A stretch of 64,000 bases of DNA from Sphagnum compactum. Taxonomy: Eukaryota. Below, piece after piece: positions 1-12,930 of the stretch. Position 1 is the first letter of the stretch. Each line of letters starts with the position of its first letter. Location: positions 30,618,213-30,682,212 of the forward strand of contig OZ234493.1 of the NCBI GenBank assembly GCA_965153455.1, written 5' to 3'. The translations under genes and the position numbers were made by a program. The notes beneath the pieces were generated by a model, which saw only the letters and a list, made by a program, of their open reading frames with translations, searched no databases and was not told where the DNA came from.

Positions 1-866
1 TTGCTGAAGGTGGAAACTCTAGGGCGATGACTGCACATGTCTGGTTGGATAGGGTACAGATGTTCCAAAGGAAATTGTATTCCTTGTATCATTGCTCCTT
101 TCACATGTGTGTGCATTGACACATACTGTGCTCTGTCCAAGGAGATTAGAGTCCCTCCCGTTGATGATTCCATACAATATAGAGCTAATGTTTTTCATCC
201 TCGATGCTCGACTTCCCAGCCTTGGGTCACTTCTGTTTTTAGTTTTAGGTCAAAAAGTTATTGTACAAGCTCCACCATATTCTGTAGTTATCTGCATGGC
301 AACTCCTCATTGCTATCAGTGATGATGATGATGGTCTGACACTTTGTGAATGACTCTGACAAGGTTATGACTTCACCCATTATCCTCCTTTACCTTCAAC
401 ATGCTGTGGAGATTTCTCTGCAATCTCATACATATATATATACACACATACTTATCTAAAACTGGCATCAATAGCTGATGAAGTCAGTGGGGGAGTAATG
501 GCAGCTAGTCATGGCCAGTCATGATGAAGTGGTGGTCTGATACTTTGTGAGCTACTCTCACAGGGGTTATGAGTTATGATGGCATTCATTCTTGTCATGT
601 TCGTTTTGGTTTTGCTGGAACTTACACTCTGGTTACCTCTAAAGTGTTATTGTGGATTAATCTGTGCAATCTCATATATTTTGTTTTGGTTTTGTTGGAA
701 CTGATGCAATTGTTGCCTTCAAAGTGTTACTCTGGAGTTTGCAATCTCATAAATAATATCTGCATGATTGATCTTTGTAGGGGAGTCTCTGGGCTGTTTC
801 AGGTGGGACTTAAAACTGTTTCACCTCCCATTTTCTGATATAGCCTTCTTATATTTCTCCCTGCAG

Positions 867-1233
867 CTGCAAAGGATGCAACAGATGTCTTAACCTTGAT
901 GACGAGTTTCTGTATTCCGAAAACCAGTACTTTGATGCTGGACACAAGGGCACGTTGTCATTTTCTGAAGTTGATAAGAGTGATTTTCGGCAAAAGGAGC
1001 AAGTCAAATGCTTTCCATTCTTTGAGACACTGAATTATTGGGGAATTCAGAGGCGAAGGACAAAACTGATGTGTGCAGCTTGTGGCAAGTCTCTTGGCTA
1101 CATTTACAAGGATGGTCCACCAGTTGACCCAACGATTGGCCAATTTGGATTTGGTGCAACTCAAATGATTCCTCGCCTCCAAAGGTATCGCCTAAAGAGA
1201 GATGCCTTAAGAATTCGCTATAAAAATGTGTAA
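867..1233 (+). CDS. Terminal coding exon of a plant CxxC...CxxC small protein (At2g17705/At4g08330-like, yippee/MsrB-like fold); short first exon not identified, probably upstream of the window
   Basis: Acceptor ctgcag at 861-866, then in-frame (S)CKGCNRCLNL...YFDAGHKGTLSF...PFFETLNYWGIQRRRTKLMCAACGKSLGYIYKDGP...GQFGFGATQMIPR..RYRLK, stop TAA 1231-1233. Matches the recalled family motif PFFETLNYWGIQRKRTK. Confidence 0.88.
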
Positions 1234-3585
1234 TGTGGGAACTTGGAGCGGGGGTGAATAGTCTTCACATTGGCTTTCTTCTTTATGCCCTTGTACCATG
1301 AGATGTGAATTATAAACTCAGTGATAAGAGAGTGACTGCATTTCTTTTTGGCTTTGCAGCTGTGGAATTGGAAGTTAATTTTTGCTCCCTCCTGCAGCAT
1401 CTGTTTGAAAGACAAACTAAGCAAAAGTTATGTACCTTGTTTATTACATCACTACTTAGTCCACTTAAATGGGGACTCAATAGGAAAAATGCATCCCATA
1501 TTTAGGTTAAGTGATTTTGTAGAGCAGATGAATTCCTAATAACAGCGGAAGAATATAAGGCTTCCCATGTTATCTAATTGACAATTTATCTTGTAATTCA
1601 GTTGGTACTTCTGCCCATTTCTCTTTCAATAGCTCTGGAGTGCATGGATCCTAAAGCATTCCATGACATATTTTGGACAATCAGGAGAGATGGTAGGATT
1701 TAACTACTCTGTAAGTTGGGTGTTTCTTTGTGGAAGGATTCTCTTTTTCTTGTGGTTGGAGCAGTGGGTCACAGGACAGATGTTTTACGTGTTGGTGTTA
1801 TAGCAAGCAGATACTTGTGCCTATTGGAAGTTGTAGGGTTCCTTGCTTCCCCCATTGCAGTTGGTTTAGATGCTTTCTTTGCACGAAGGAGAAGCTAAAT
1901 TGAAATGAAGCTTACCCTTGTGAGCTGTGGGAGTACAAGTATTCGTTTTTCAAAATTAGCTATGCCTTTGTGAGGAAATGATAAATTTAATGGGCAGGGA
2001 CTTGTGAAGAGTTCATGTATTCATTGTCCCTTTTGTAATGACAATAGTAGTCAGGCAAATGAAGAATTAGTGAAACCTTTGAGGGTATGGTATATGTTGT
2101 TTGAAGTTCTTGGAATAGATGCATTGTTCTAATGCATCTAACCTAGTATTGAACTCTTGTTTAATGGAATACTATTGTGGCCTGGCTCACTGGTGAAGAG
2201 GACCTTGAAGATAGATATCAATTGTCAAAAAGCTTTTTCAAAGTTTTAATTAATTTACAGGGACAAAAAATACTCAAAATTCAATATCTTCCAAACCCTA
2301 GGTCAAAAAATTATGAAGACACCTCTATGAAGTCTCATCAAGGGTTTTCCAACAATATCAAGAGTTTGCTACAAATTTTCTAAAGTTAATTTTTATTTTG
2401 TTGAATTTGTTTTTGACAATTTTTTTCAATATTCAATAACTCTTGCACCGCAGGTTACTAAGTCTAAACCAGTGTTGTGTGTATAAGTGTCAATAGGTGT
2501 ATATATGATGTGTAAATCAAGTGTAAGTGTAAATCATTTACACTTACATGTCCAATTTTTTTACATTTACACTTATCCTGTTAAAGTGTATATATATATA
2601 TTTACACTTACACGAGCCCAGTGTAAATATTTGTCAAATACACTTGCACAGCCCTGTGTAAATGCTTTTAGGTGTGTAAAGTGTAAATACTAAAATTATT
2701 TGTAAAGTCACCCTGTCTTTGGGCCTCCTTTTACCCCAAACCCTTATTTCAAAGGTATCCATAAAGTAAGGAAAATTTATTAAATCTGGGAATGAAATGC
2801 TGAAATCCCGCATTAAATGCACAAGGTTCAAGAAAAATTATAGTAGTTTTACTAGTAGGAGCAGCAATGGAGGCGCTAAAGAAAAAGGAAAGACAGGGTG
2901 AAATCAGTTCAGCACAAAAACTGAGGTCCCCCAACCCTTGAATGCCAATGTGTTTTATTTCTTTGAATCTCACCCTATTTATGATCAAACTCGGGGTTCT
3001 AGTGTTGTTTTCCTTACTTTATAGATAATTTTATTATATATCTTTAATGACAAGACCTTCTTGCAAGGTCATATGAATGAGTTGTTGGTTTTTTTTTGCA
3101 ATGGGCCATTTAGCGAGCTTATCATCAAAAAAATTATGAAATCTTTTCTGCTCCAGTAAAAATCACATTTATACATTGTTATATATTTACATTCTTTTAC
3201 ATAGCCATGTAGAATCATATATATATATATATAAATTTTATTTTATTCATTTACATTTTTTTGTTGGATTGTGTAAAATTATATAAATATATTTATTTTT
3301 ACACTTCACTTGCACATAATGTAAATAAATTCCATTATGGGAGTTACATTTACACGGAATGTAAGTCCCAAACCATTTACACGCACAAAACTAATCTAAA
3401 CATTCCCAAATCTTTTGGACGCACCTTTACTCATCAAGAGCTTTCCAATGATATTGGCAAGACCATGATCATGAGTGGAGAGGCAATGCCATGGTTTGAG
3501 ACTCATCAAAGGTTTTCCAACTATTTCAAGAGTACAACCTTAAGGGGGAAGGGAGTGCCATGGCTTGGGAGATTTTAATTCTTTA

Positions 3586-3811
3586 GGTACATTCACACAC
3601 GGTGTTAGGGACTCTAGGGTAGAATCTTGTAACACCATGCTAGTCATTTAGGACTTAAACCTAGTTGCCATGAAAATTTTATTGTTAAGCTACCATTCAC
3701 TTAACATTGATCTATGGTCCATTTAACATTTGGTGCCACCTAGGATGCCACCTAGGATGCCACCTAGATTTTCATTTTAACATTGACTTAACATCAAATG
3801 TGAATGCACCA
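3586..3811. mobile_element. Tourist-like (PIF/Harbinger) MITE
   Basis: Imperfect TIRs GGTACATTCACACACGGTGTTA / TAACATCAAATGTGAATGCACC, TTA on both flanks, internal 3x ~12-bp GCCACCTAG(GAT) repeat. Confidence 0.7.
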
Positions 3812-4426
3812 TTAACATGACAAACAAACCAAACAAACAACCTTTCTTAATAGATAGATATTTTATTTATTAAGCAAGGTATTAAATGCATTTATTGTTC
3901 ATTTCATATGGAATTTTTTTTGTTATAATGAAATAGATCCAAAAAAATTAAGTTAAGGAAAAAAATATGTTTGACATCCTTGAAGACTTATTGTGGCACA
4001 AAACACTTTACCAAGTATTCCAAGGATAAAGATTAAATGTCATTTTTCCAAATGACATGTGAATAAAATATTACTAAATCGTTTGATATATTTTGGCCTA
4101 CCAGAATACCTTTATAGGTTTGGCAATAATTAAATTATTTTGAAAATGTTGAATTTTTAACTTCCCTCAAATTGCTTGAACCAAAAATAAGACGGATATC
4201 AAGAATTGAACAACAACCTGGAAAACTGCAAAATAATTACGAAATGGGCATATATCATCTTTGCAAAAGGCAAACCCTCCAACACCAGCCACAACCGAGA
4301 TGCAAGGTCTAACCATTATACCTTTTTTTGGATAACTCACATCCTCTAAATGGCTCAAGGAAAAATTCATTCCATTTTGGATTTCGAAAGGCCTTGTTAG
4401 GTTCATCATTAATGAGCAATGTTTAA

Positions 4427-5157
4427 AGTTGAAAACATGCTAAAGTATACCAAAAAAATAGTGCTCCCGAATAAAAAAACACAAATTTGTGACAAGTAGA
4501 TTAGAAAGTAGGTGATGCCTTAAGAGATTGTCCTTTTGAACTACATGAGGGCATCAAATGTGATATGTTGACATTTTTGAAAGTTCAAAAGTTGTATAAA
4601 CCATTTAAAGAACCTAATTTGCAAAATTTACCAATTTGTCTTGTTGTGAGAAAGTAAATTGAAAATAGGTCAAAAACAAATTTTTGGAAATTTCACTCAT
4701 ATGTTGCATTTTGAAAGGGTTTGGGGCATGATTTAATGAATCAAACACATGCGATATTGCACTTTAGTATCATATCAAAAAACATGTTTTGGATGCCAAA
4801 TCTAAATTTATGGAAAACTTACTTTTGAGGGGCTTCACATTCTCATAATTCAAAAATTTAAATTCTAAAAAATGTGTATCAAGGTGCATAATAGCTCAAA
4901 CATTAGTAACACATCATTTGAATTGTTTGATTTAGAAAATGTGCAATATCAGCTAGAGTAATAAACTTTTAATAAATAAATAAATTAGTGAAAATAATAA
5001 TATACGTTAAGAATAATTATATATGGTTTATTTAATATGATAAATGCACCTCAAAATTTATGGCATGACTAAAATGCCTAAAATGCAAAAGATTCCAAAT
5101 TTGCTTTTACTTATTAGTAGGGATCACCAATTGGTATATTTTACCATGCTTTCACCT
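4427..5157. mobile_element. Non-autonomous TIR element with probable 4-bp TSD, inserted in FCP1-like domain 3
   Basis: TIRs AGTTGAAAACATGCTAAAGTATACCAA / reverse complement AGGTGAAAGCATGGTAAAATATACCAA. Flanks TTAA (4423-4426) and TTGA (5158-5161). Removing the element plus one TSD restores in-frame DRDQTLLI. Confidence 0.7.
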
Positions 5158-8100
5158 TTGATCCCTGTCCCTATAAGGCAGACCTCTACATGCAAAGTGA
5201 ACTCGATCCAAGTCCTTCAAATAGTAATAAATTGAGTGTGTGAATTGACCCATTGTTGCCATGTTGTTCATGTCCCCAAACAAACATAAATTGATCAATG
5301 AGAGTTTTGGACATCAACAAAGGTAGAATTTCAAAGACATCTTCTAACAACATACACAACCAAATAGCAATGTAAAAATGTTCAAATGTTCAAGAAAGGA
5401 AATGTTATACTCCAGCACAAATTTCCAACTTGGATATGTCTAAATTCTTCCTAGTCTATCACTGATTTCTTTAAAGAAAGGCACATTTTGGAAAGTAATG
5501 AAGGACACCATTGACACTAAAATTGAAGAGCTTTTTAGTTGTGCCAGATCGAGGTTAAAAAGTCCGAATCCACCTCTTTGGATTAGAAAAAGAAACACCG
5601 TGCACCTACCAAAAAGAAAAAATGTTAAAGCAAAGAGAAATTCAAGAATGAGTAGAAGCCTCCATCCTTGTCATAGGATATGTTAGTTTAACATAGAATT
5701 TACAAGAATTAAGTTGATATCTAAAATATGGAAGGATAATTTTGACTAGTCATTCCCGGATATAACATGGACTGAAAACACACATATCACGACCTAGCAG
5801 CCACCAAGTACACCACGCAACCACCAAATGGTTACAAGAGTGCGAAGTTCAACCTAAAGGCCACCATGCCAAAACTAGGTTCTTTTAAGACAAAAAGTAC
5901 ACACAACATTCAAGTAATAGAAATATTTTTTTAATAATTTTTTTTAAAAGGACATTTTTGAGATATTGAAACAAGTAAAATTTGAGGATGAACAATTAAT
6001 AAAGTACTTTGTTTCAATTTCAATTTCGCACTGTTACAAAATGTCGATTGGCAAGTATAACTACATTTCACAAATAACATTTTAAAAAGTCTTGGATTAT
6101 TTTGATCAATACATCTAATCCTACCAAACGGATTATGTTCAACAAAGGTGGGAACACCATATCTAGACAAATGAAGATTTTACAAATAAGGGAAAACAAA
6201 CCCCAACAAATATCGATCCTCCCCACAAGGTCATCAAACAACTCCAAAAAACTGGCATTATACGGGCTGTTAAACATGTTTTTGTATGGCATATCATTTA
6301 CAAGCAACGTGTTGCTAGTGTGAGTGTAAGGAAAAGTAGAAAAGAAAACATCAAGGTTTTTATGGAAAATTGGTTTATTAGGTTTATCCGGTAAGAAATG
6401 TAGATTTTACCTGCAAAATGTCTAATCAAGCATTCTAGAAGCATATATAAAAATTTGTGTTTTGTGCCAAATTTGATCCAAATAATTATAAATATTGTGA
6501 TGTTGGGCTGTGGACCAAATATAGATGTGGAATTGTTTAAGACATTTCTCCAAGAATTCTTTCAATCTAGGTCAAAGAATGACGAAACTTTTCCATATCC
6601 ACCCTAATTGAAGTGTGTGGCAATCATAAGTTCGTTTAGATCAAAAATCACATGAAATGAACTCACTTCTGGTGAAGGCGAAAAAGGCACTGGGGAGTCA
6701 CCACTCAAAGTCGATGGAATCTCATCCAAGCCTAATTCAACAACAATGCATGAATTTGGCGACTCCACATCTTTCACCTCCTCATGAAACGATGCACCAA
6801 TAACCTAAAAGAAAAAAGAACGAGCAGTTGGCAAAGTCCTAAGGACCATATAAATCAATGAGTTTGGAAAATCCAAGAAAGAATTGGAAGGAAGGAACGA
6901 AAAAGAAAACTTGGATTATTTATTAGGGATGTCGAGCGATTTTTACAAAAGTGGCATGACAAGACATGGTGCATTTTTCGAAAACATTTGAAATCTAACG
7001 TCAATTTCCTTGAGACTTCCAATGGCACCAAAAGGATAAAGCTCCACAAAGGTGGGAACATTAAGCCCAAAATAATGAAAAAAATTTTATTACAGGAAAA
7101 AGTTTTCATGAAATAATTATCCTCTTTTGGCAAGTCCTCATAGGACTCAATAAAAATCGCATTAAAGGGCATTTTTAGGCAAGTTCTATAAGGTGTATTG
7201 TCCACCAACAATGTATTTTCAAGGTGAGTATTAGGATACCTAGGGGGAAAATCAAAAAGATTCTTATGATAAATTGTTTTATCACAAGTGGGACGATTAA
7301 TGCATTTAAAGTTCCTTTTGAAGGGAAACTACAAAAAGTGCTTGTTAATCTTGCACAAATTTCAATCAATAATCCTTTGTGGGTCGATTTCAACATTTGT
7401 CTCTTATGTTTTTTTTTCAAATAGGTATTCATCTTACTAAGCAAAGCAAACATCCATATGTAGATGGTAAATTATTCTAAACACCTTAAAAGGAATTCTT
7501 TTAGACCTGGCCTTGGAACAACATTCTTGCTTAATGGTGCAACCTTGAGTTAAGTTAAATGGCGAAGGCAGGAGGTGATTAATTCTAAAATAATCCTTCC
7601 CAATAAGGACACCTTTCAAATCAAAAATCACGTGCAAAAGATTCACCTCCGCATCTTCTGCATCTATGGGAGGAAGAGATCTAAGACATTTGAGCGCAAG
7701 CTTTGGCCCCTTATATTCCTTGATAGTTTCATGGATAACTCTAAGAAGTTTTTCATCCTCGGCCCCATCAAATCCCACAAGGGGTGACTACGGCCGCAAT
7801 GGGATAAATGGCCCGAGGGATGGGAAAGAGTGGAATTGAGGTGGGGATGTAGAACCTCAATGTGGTGAAGGTTAAACTGGAAATGGCATCAGTTTCCTCC
7901 ATCTCTCCTGTCTTTTTGCATGTCGTCTCCAATGCAATTCAGTCCCATCCAATTGTCCAAATAGTTGAACGACCATCCTTCAAATTCCACTAGGGCCAAA
8001 ATAAGACCTATGTTTGTCCCAATCAATCAAGTCCTCAGATGTGTACTCACCCAAATCATTGGACACATAGCCTTCATCAAATGGACCTTCACCTACAAAT

Positions 8101-8279
8101 AGAAAGTAGAAAGGGTGAAAATGTACTTAAACAAGAAAAATTCCCAACAAAATAGTTAAAAAGTAAAAACAACTTTGAAAAAAAACAAGAGGAGGGAATC
8201 AGAAAACAAATAATGGACATTAAAAAATTCAAAAATAAATCTCAGTGGGTACAACAAATTATTCGATCTTTGTATCCTA

Positions 8280-8595
8280 GGCCACTATATGTTTCGAATC
8301 CTTCAACCACATGACTATCAAGCAAACACCAAATGAAAACCTATATGGTGACTACCAAATCAAAATATAAGGAGGCCACCAAATACAAACCTATTTAGCA
8401 GCCACCAAATCAAAACACATGGAGGCCACCAAATCGACCTATCTGGTGGCCACCAAATACACAACTTTTATTAGTACCAGATTGATATATCTGGTGGCCA
8501 CTAGGTTGACATATCTAGTCGCCAACAAATGCAGAAAATATGGTGACCAACAAATGGAAAAAGGATAGAAAATTATCTGGCGGCCACCAAATGAA
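8280..8595. repeat. Degenerate short repeat cluster with GGCCACCAAAT core
   Basis: About ten copies of (G)GCCACCAAAT/GTGGCCAC variants at 20-35 bp spacing. Confidence 0.65.
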
Positions 8596-11500
8596 ATCAA
8601 TGCTTTAAAGTAAAATTGAAACAAGAATCCTATCTAATTGTATTCATAATTTAAAAGAATTATACAATGCTTAACAAAGAGAACCATTAATCGTAATTTA
8701 ATCTAGCTTTAGTTGGGTTCAAGTCTTTGAAAGGAACTTGTTTGTTCATCTCCTCACCAATATCATCATCATTGACGTCCTTGACATCATCCTTCCTCCC
8801 AACAGGGGGAATCTTCAACGACTCCACAAAGCAAATATCAAGGTGTGTTAATACATCATTGGAGCATTGTTCTTTGTCTACCAGTCTCCTCTTTCTAGCC
8901 GCACGAGATTGAAAACTCCTTGGGATCGACAAATTACTACTACTCCTTTTTGTGTTCACCTCCTTAATAATAAACCCACGAGCAACTTTCTTTCCCTTTT
9001 TCTTCCTTCTTACAAGAACAGAAGTATCTTTTTCCTACAATTCTTCTTCTACATCCAGCCCTTGTTGTTCAAGTTCCCTAGGTGGGGGTGGAACACAAAT
9101 CGCAAGGGCCACAAGATTTGTATTATACAAAATCGATAGACTTATCATTGTAATTTCCTTGGCCTTGTTGAGCAAGTCCATTAGAATGAGCTTAAAAACC
9201 CTAACCTTCTTTTCCTACACATTGCATCGATATTAGTTTAGACTTTTAAATGGACCACAAACCTTGAAACAAGGATATAAATAGATTAAATTAGGAATGC
9301 CCAAAAACTTACCAAGCATAAATTTGTTAATACTCCACCACTAAAGATACTAAGACATGTCATTCCACCACGTAGTAGTGGTTGTAGAATGAATTGAATT
9401 GCGTATAGGTTGAGTTCTAGCTTATACAGCCTGTGCTCTTCCGGAAATGAATAATCACATGCGTTAAGCGAGGATTCGGCAATTGTGCAACTTCCTTTAG
9501 GTGACGTCTTAAGTAAACATTTCCCTTCCTTGTTTCAGTTATGTTTTCCATGTCTTTCATTTCATGCTGGTTTAGTTATTTATTTTTAGTTTACATTTTG
9601 TTAGTTTGAGGTTCATAGTTTGGGGAAATTTCAATTATTGATTTTTGTTTGTAATGGATTTCAATCTTTGTTTATAAGACATTTGCAATTCTACTTGGTA
9701 GAAAATCATGTTGTCGACCAAGTTCTCTATTTAAAGAGGTGAAGGATGTAGTTGCATATTTGACTTTTGGTCTAAAAGGTTAGATGTTTCTTTAATTTTT
9801 GGTTGCTTGTAGAGTTGAAGTTTAGTTTCAATAACTCATATTCCGAATTCCTATATAGATGGTGACATATCAATGTATTTGTATGAAATCAATAAATTAA
9901 TAATCATTGGTTTTTTGAGCACTTGAAATTTATGTTGATTGTTGGTTCCAGAGGGTGAAATTCATGTTTCATATTTCATAATATGCAATTTTCTTCCTAC
10001 TCAAGGTTAAATGTTCAATGTATATGTCATAGTACGTTTCAAGTTAGATTATGATACCATTGGTGGCCATTAGATGCTATTATTTTCTAATAAATAATTA
10101 TTTTGAATTGCTCAGTGCCCCCCAAGCTTTTCTGTTCAATGGTCCACAAACGGTTTATGAGATACAGTAACTATAGGTATTGTAAATTCTTTTGCTAATA
10201 TTCTGCAGAATTCAATGACATAAAATTTAGTAGATATTTCATATTGTGTTCTTTGATTTTGCCACTGAATTGTTTACTAAGTGCTTTGCTGATTTTGATG
10301 GGCACCACAAAAACTTGATGATGTTATGCAATGCTTTAGTTATGCACCCTTCTTTTTAAGGTCTTTTAATTCTTAAATTATGGTGGCCACTAGGTTTATC
10401 CATTGTCATGTACGATAATTGTTTTGATGGTGAAAAATTGTTCTTATGAAAATTTGTCGTTTCAACATTTTTTTGGGTGCCCATTAGGTTTAAACTCTCA
10501 AAATTCATTTTATAAAAATTTCGGAACTTATTCAAAGTCCGAAATTAGTTAAATATGTGTTCCATCTATCAATGTTAGTAAACCAAAGTTAAAAAAATAA
10601 TAAAAAATTACAGTCATAACCTTATATGAATATCACATGGAGCATTGCCCAAAAGCCTTGTCATAAAAAAGAAGGGTTAAATTTAGTGATAACATTAGCT
10701 AACATTTTAAAAACATTCACCACCAACATGTGTTGTATTGAATATGCAATTTCTAAGATTAAAAAAGTAACACATAAATCAATAAACAAAAAATTGAAAG
10801 CCAACTAACATACCATCAATTTGGCCACCTTTGGCATTCACTAGATGAAAGGTTATTGTCAATGATTAGGGTTTTTAAAATGCCAATATTGACAAAATAC
10901 AAAAACAAGATTAATGACCTTAAAAATAATTAGTATTTAAATTGAAAATGACCATCTACTTGATGAAGGTGGTGTCAAAGTTAAATGTTATCACATGCAC
11001 ATTTATATTAATGAAAAATTCAAACAATCAGACATGCAAGTTTGTAGATTTCAAAGACAAAATAGTGACACAATTTAATGAATACCAATAAAAAAGAATT
11101 TGGTATGGGATTTAAAACATGGTGAATTGGATTGCCATTGACACCACATAAATGACACATAATTATGTCACTTGAACCTTTCAATCAGTAAAAAACAAAT
11201 CACAAAATTAACCAAAATCTTTAACAATGTAAAACCAATGGTAACTTCCATTGTTTTGCACAACCATTAAACATGTGGAATCTTGCTACTTAGTGATCAA
11301 CTACACCTGTGCCTTGTAACCATATGACCTATATGTGAAACAAAAATGATGACCAACTATAATAATCTAACAACGACTCCAAAAATGAATGAGCAATCGA
11401 AATGTTTTAGGGTTTAAGGTTTAAGGTTTTGAGGTTTGAAAGCCCAAATCACCTTTGAATATTGTTTTCCAATGGTGATATTTATTTGAAAACTAATCAT

Positions 11501-11869
11501 GTGTTTGCATAAAATAACAACATAAAGACATTGATTGACTGTAAAATCCTCATTTTATAGTGTTATTCCAACCTATTCCTTTGGTTCTTATATGCATACC
11601 AAAGAAAATGAACACATACAACACACAACAATAACATGAACCCAAAAAAACCAAAAAGATTTGAACCCAATAGTAGTACAAAAGTGGGGTGTAATTCACT
11701 AGCTTAAATCACTATGGGACCTTAACAACATTGAAGTAAGTTCATTGCACTTTAACGATTTCACCTTAATTAAAGTTATTTTATTATAAGGTCATTATGT
11801 ACACATCATTTTTCATTATTAGTTGACATAATTCATTAGTATCATTTATTATGGTACTGGGTTTATTTT

Positions 11870-12930
11870 TATGTTATTGTTTTAAATATTCTAAGATAGT
11901 CCAAGTTATATCCTATGTTATTTTACGTTACCTTAGGTTATTCTAAGTTATATTCTAAATTGTTATAGATTATTGTAAGTTATTATACCCCAGGTTATAC
12001 CTTAAATTATTATAAGTTATTGTACTTTAAGGTATCATAGGTTATATCCTAACTTGTTATAAGATTTATATTTTAGGTTATTTTAAGCTAAATTATTTAA
12101 TTAACCCTAGGCTATACCTAAGGTAGAATAATTTACAATAACTAAGAACAAACTATAATAACCTATAATAAAATAGTTTAAAATAACTAAGAATAACCTA
12201 TAATAATAATAAAAACCTATGATATAATAATTAATAATAGCCTACAATAAAATCGACAATAATAGTTTACAATAGAAAAATCCAACAATAGTTAAGATTA
12301 GTTTATGATAAATAACTTAGAATAGTAAACAATAGCTTATGATAAAATGACCAACAATAACTTACGATAGAATAACCAAAAATAACCTATGGTAAATAAC
12401 TTAAAATAGCCAACAATAGCCCATGATAGAATAATAAAAAATAACTTATGGTAAATAGCCTAAAATAACCTAAAATAGTCAATAATAGCTTGTAATAGAA
12501 TAACTAAAAATAGTTTGAAGTAAAATAGTTTAGAATAACTAGCAATAGGATATAATAAAATAATGTTGAATAATTAATAATAGCCTATGATAAAATAGCC
12601 AAAAAAATATGCTAAGGTAAAATAACATGAAATATGCAATAATAACATAACCTAGAATAACCAATAATAGCCTACAATAGAATAACCAAAAATAACCAAA
12701 AATAACCTATGGTTAATAGTTTAAAATATTCAACAATAATCTTCAATAAACTAATAAAAAAATAGCCCAAAGTAAAATGACCTAAAATAGTCAAAAATGG
12801 CATACGATAGAATAATCAGCAATAATTTATGATATAATAACCAAAAGTAGCCTATGTTAAAATAGCTTAAAATAACTTACAATAGCTTACACTAAAATAA
12901 TCACTAATATCTTATGATAAAATAACCAAA
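11870..12930. repeat. AT-rich degenerate minisatellite of ~10-bp subunits (AATAACCTA/AATAGCCTA) in two oppositely oriented blocks
   Basis: TAGGTTAT/AAGTTAT units from 11870 to ~12105, then ATAACCT/ATAGCCT units to 12930. A ~60-70 bp higher-order period is visible at 12381/12441. Confidence 0.75.

Larger units (their letters stand above)
4170..9240 (-). pseudogene. Decayed multi-exon gene with three tandem FCP1/NIF-like HAD phosphatase domains and upstream charged segments
   Basis: Domain 1 (~7640-6900): HVIFDLKGVL...PRPGLKEFLLRCLE*FTIYIW...LVDNTPY...PFNAIF. Domain 2 (~6670-5950): HVIFDLNELM...PRLKEFLEKCLKQFHIYIWSTA...KPIFHKNL...NTLLVNDMPYKNMFNSPYNA. Domain 3 (~5540-4170): FSVNGVL...FEHFYIAIW...FVWGHEQ...YLKDL...DQ|TLLINDEPNKAFRNP. 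Multiple stops and frameshifts. Confidence 0.75.

Noticed and set aside
37-838. Short ORFs at the window start
   Set aside because: They lie upstream of the 866 splice acceptor in intron-like DNA with weak internal duplications and show no protein motifs.
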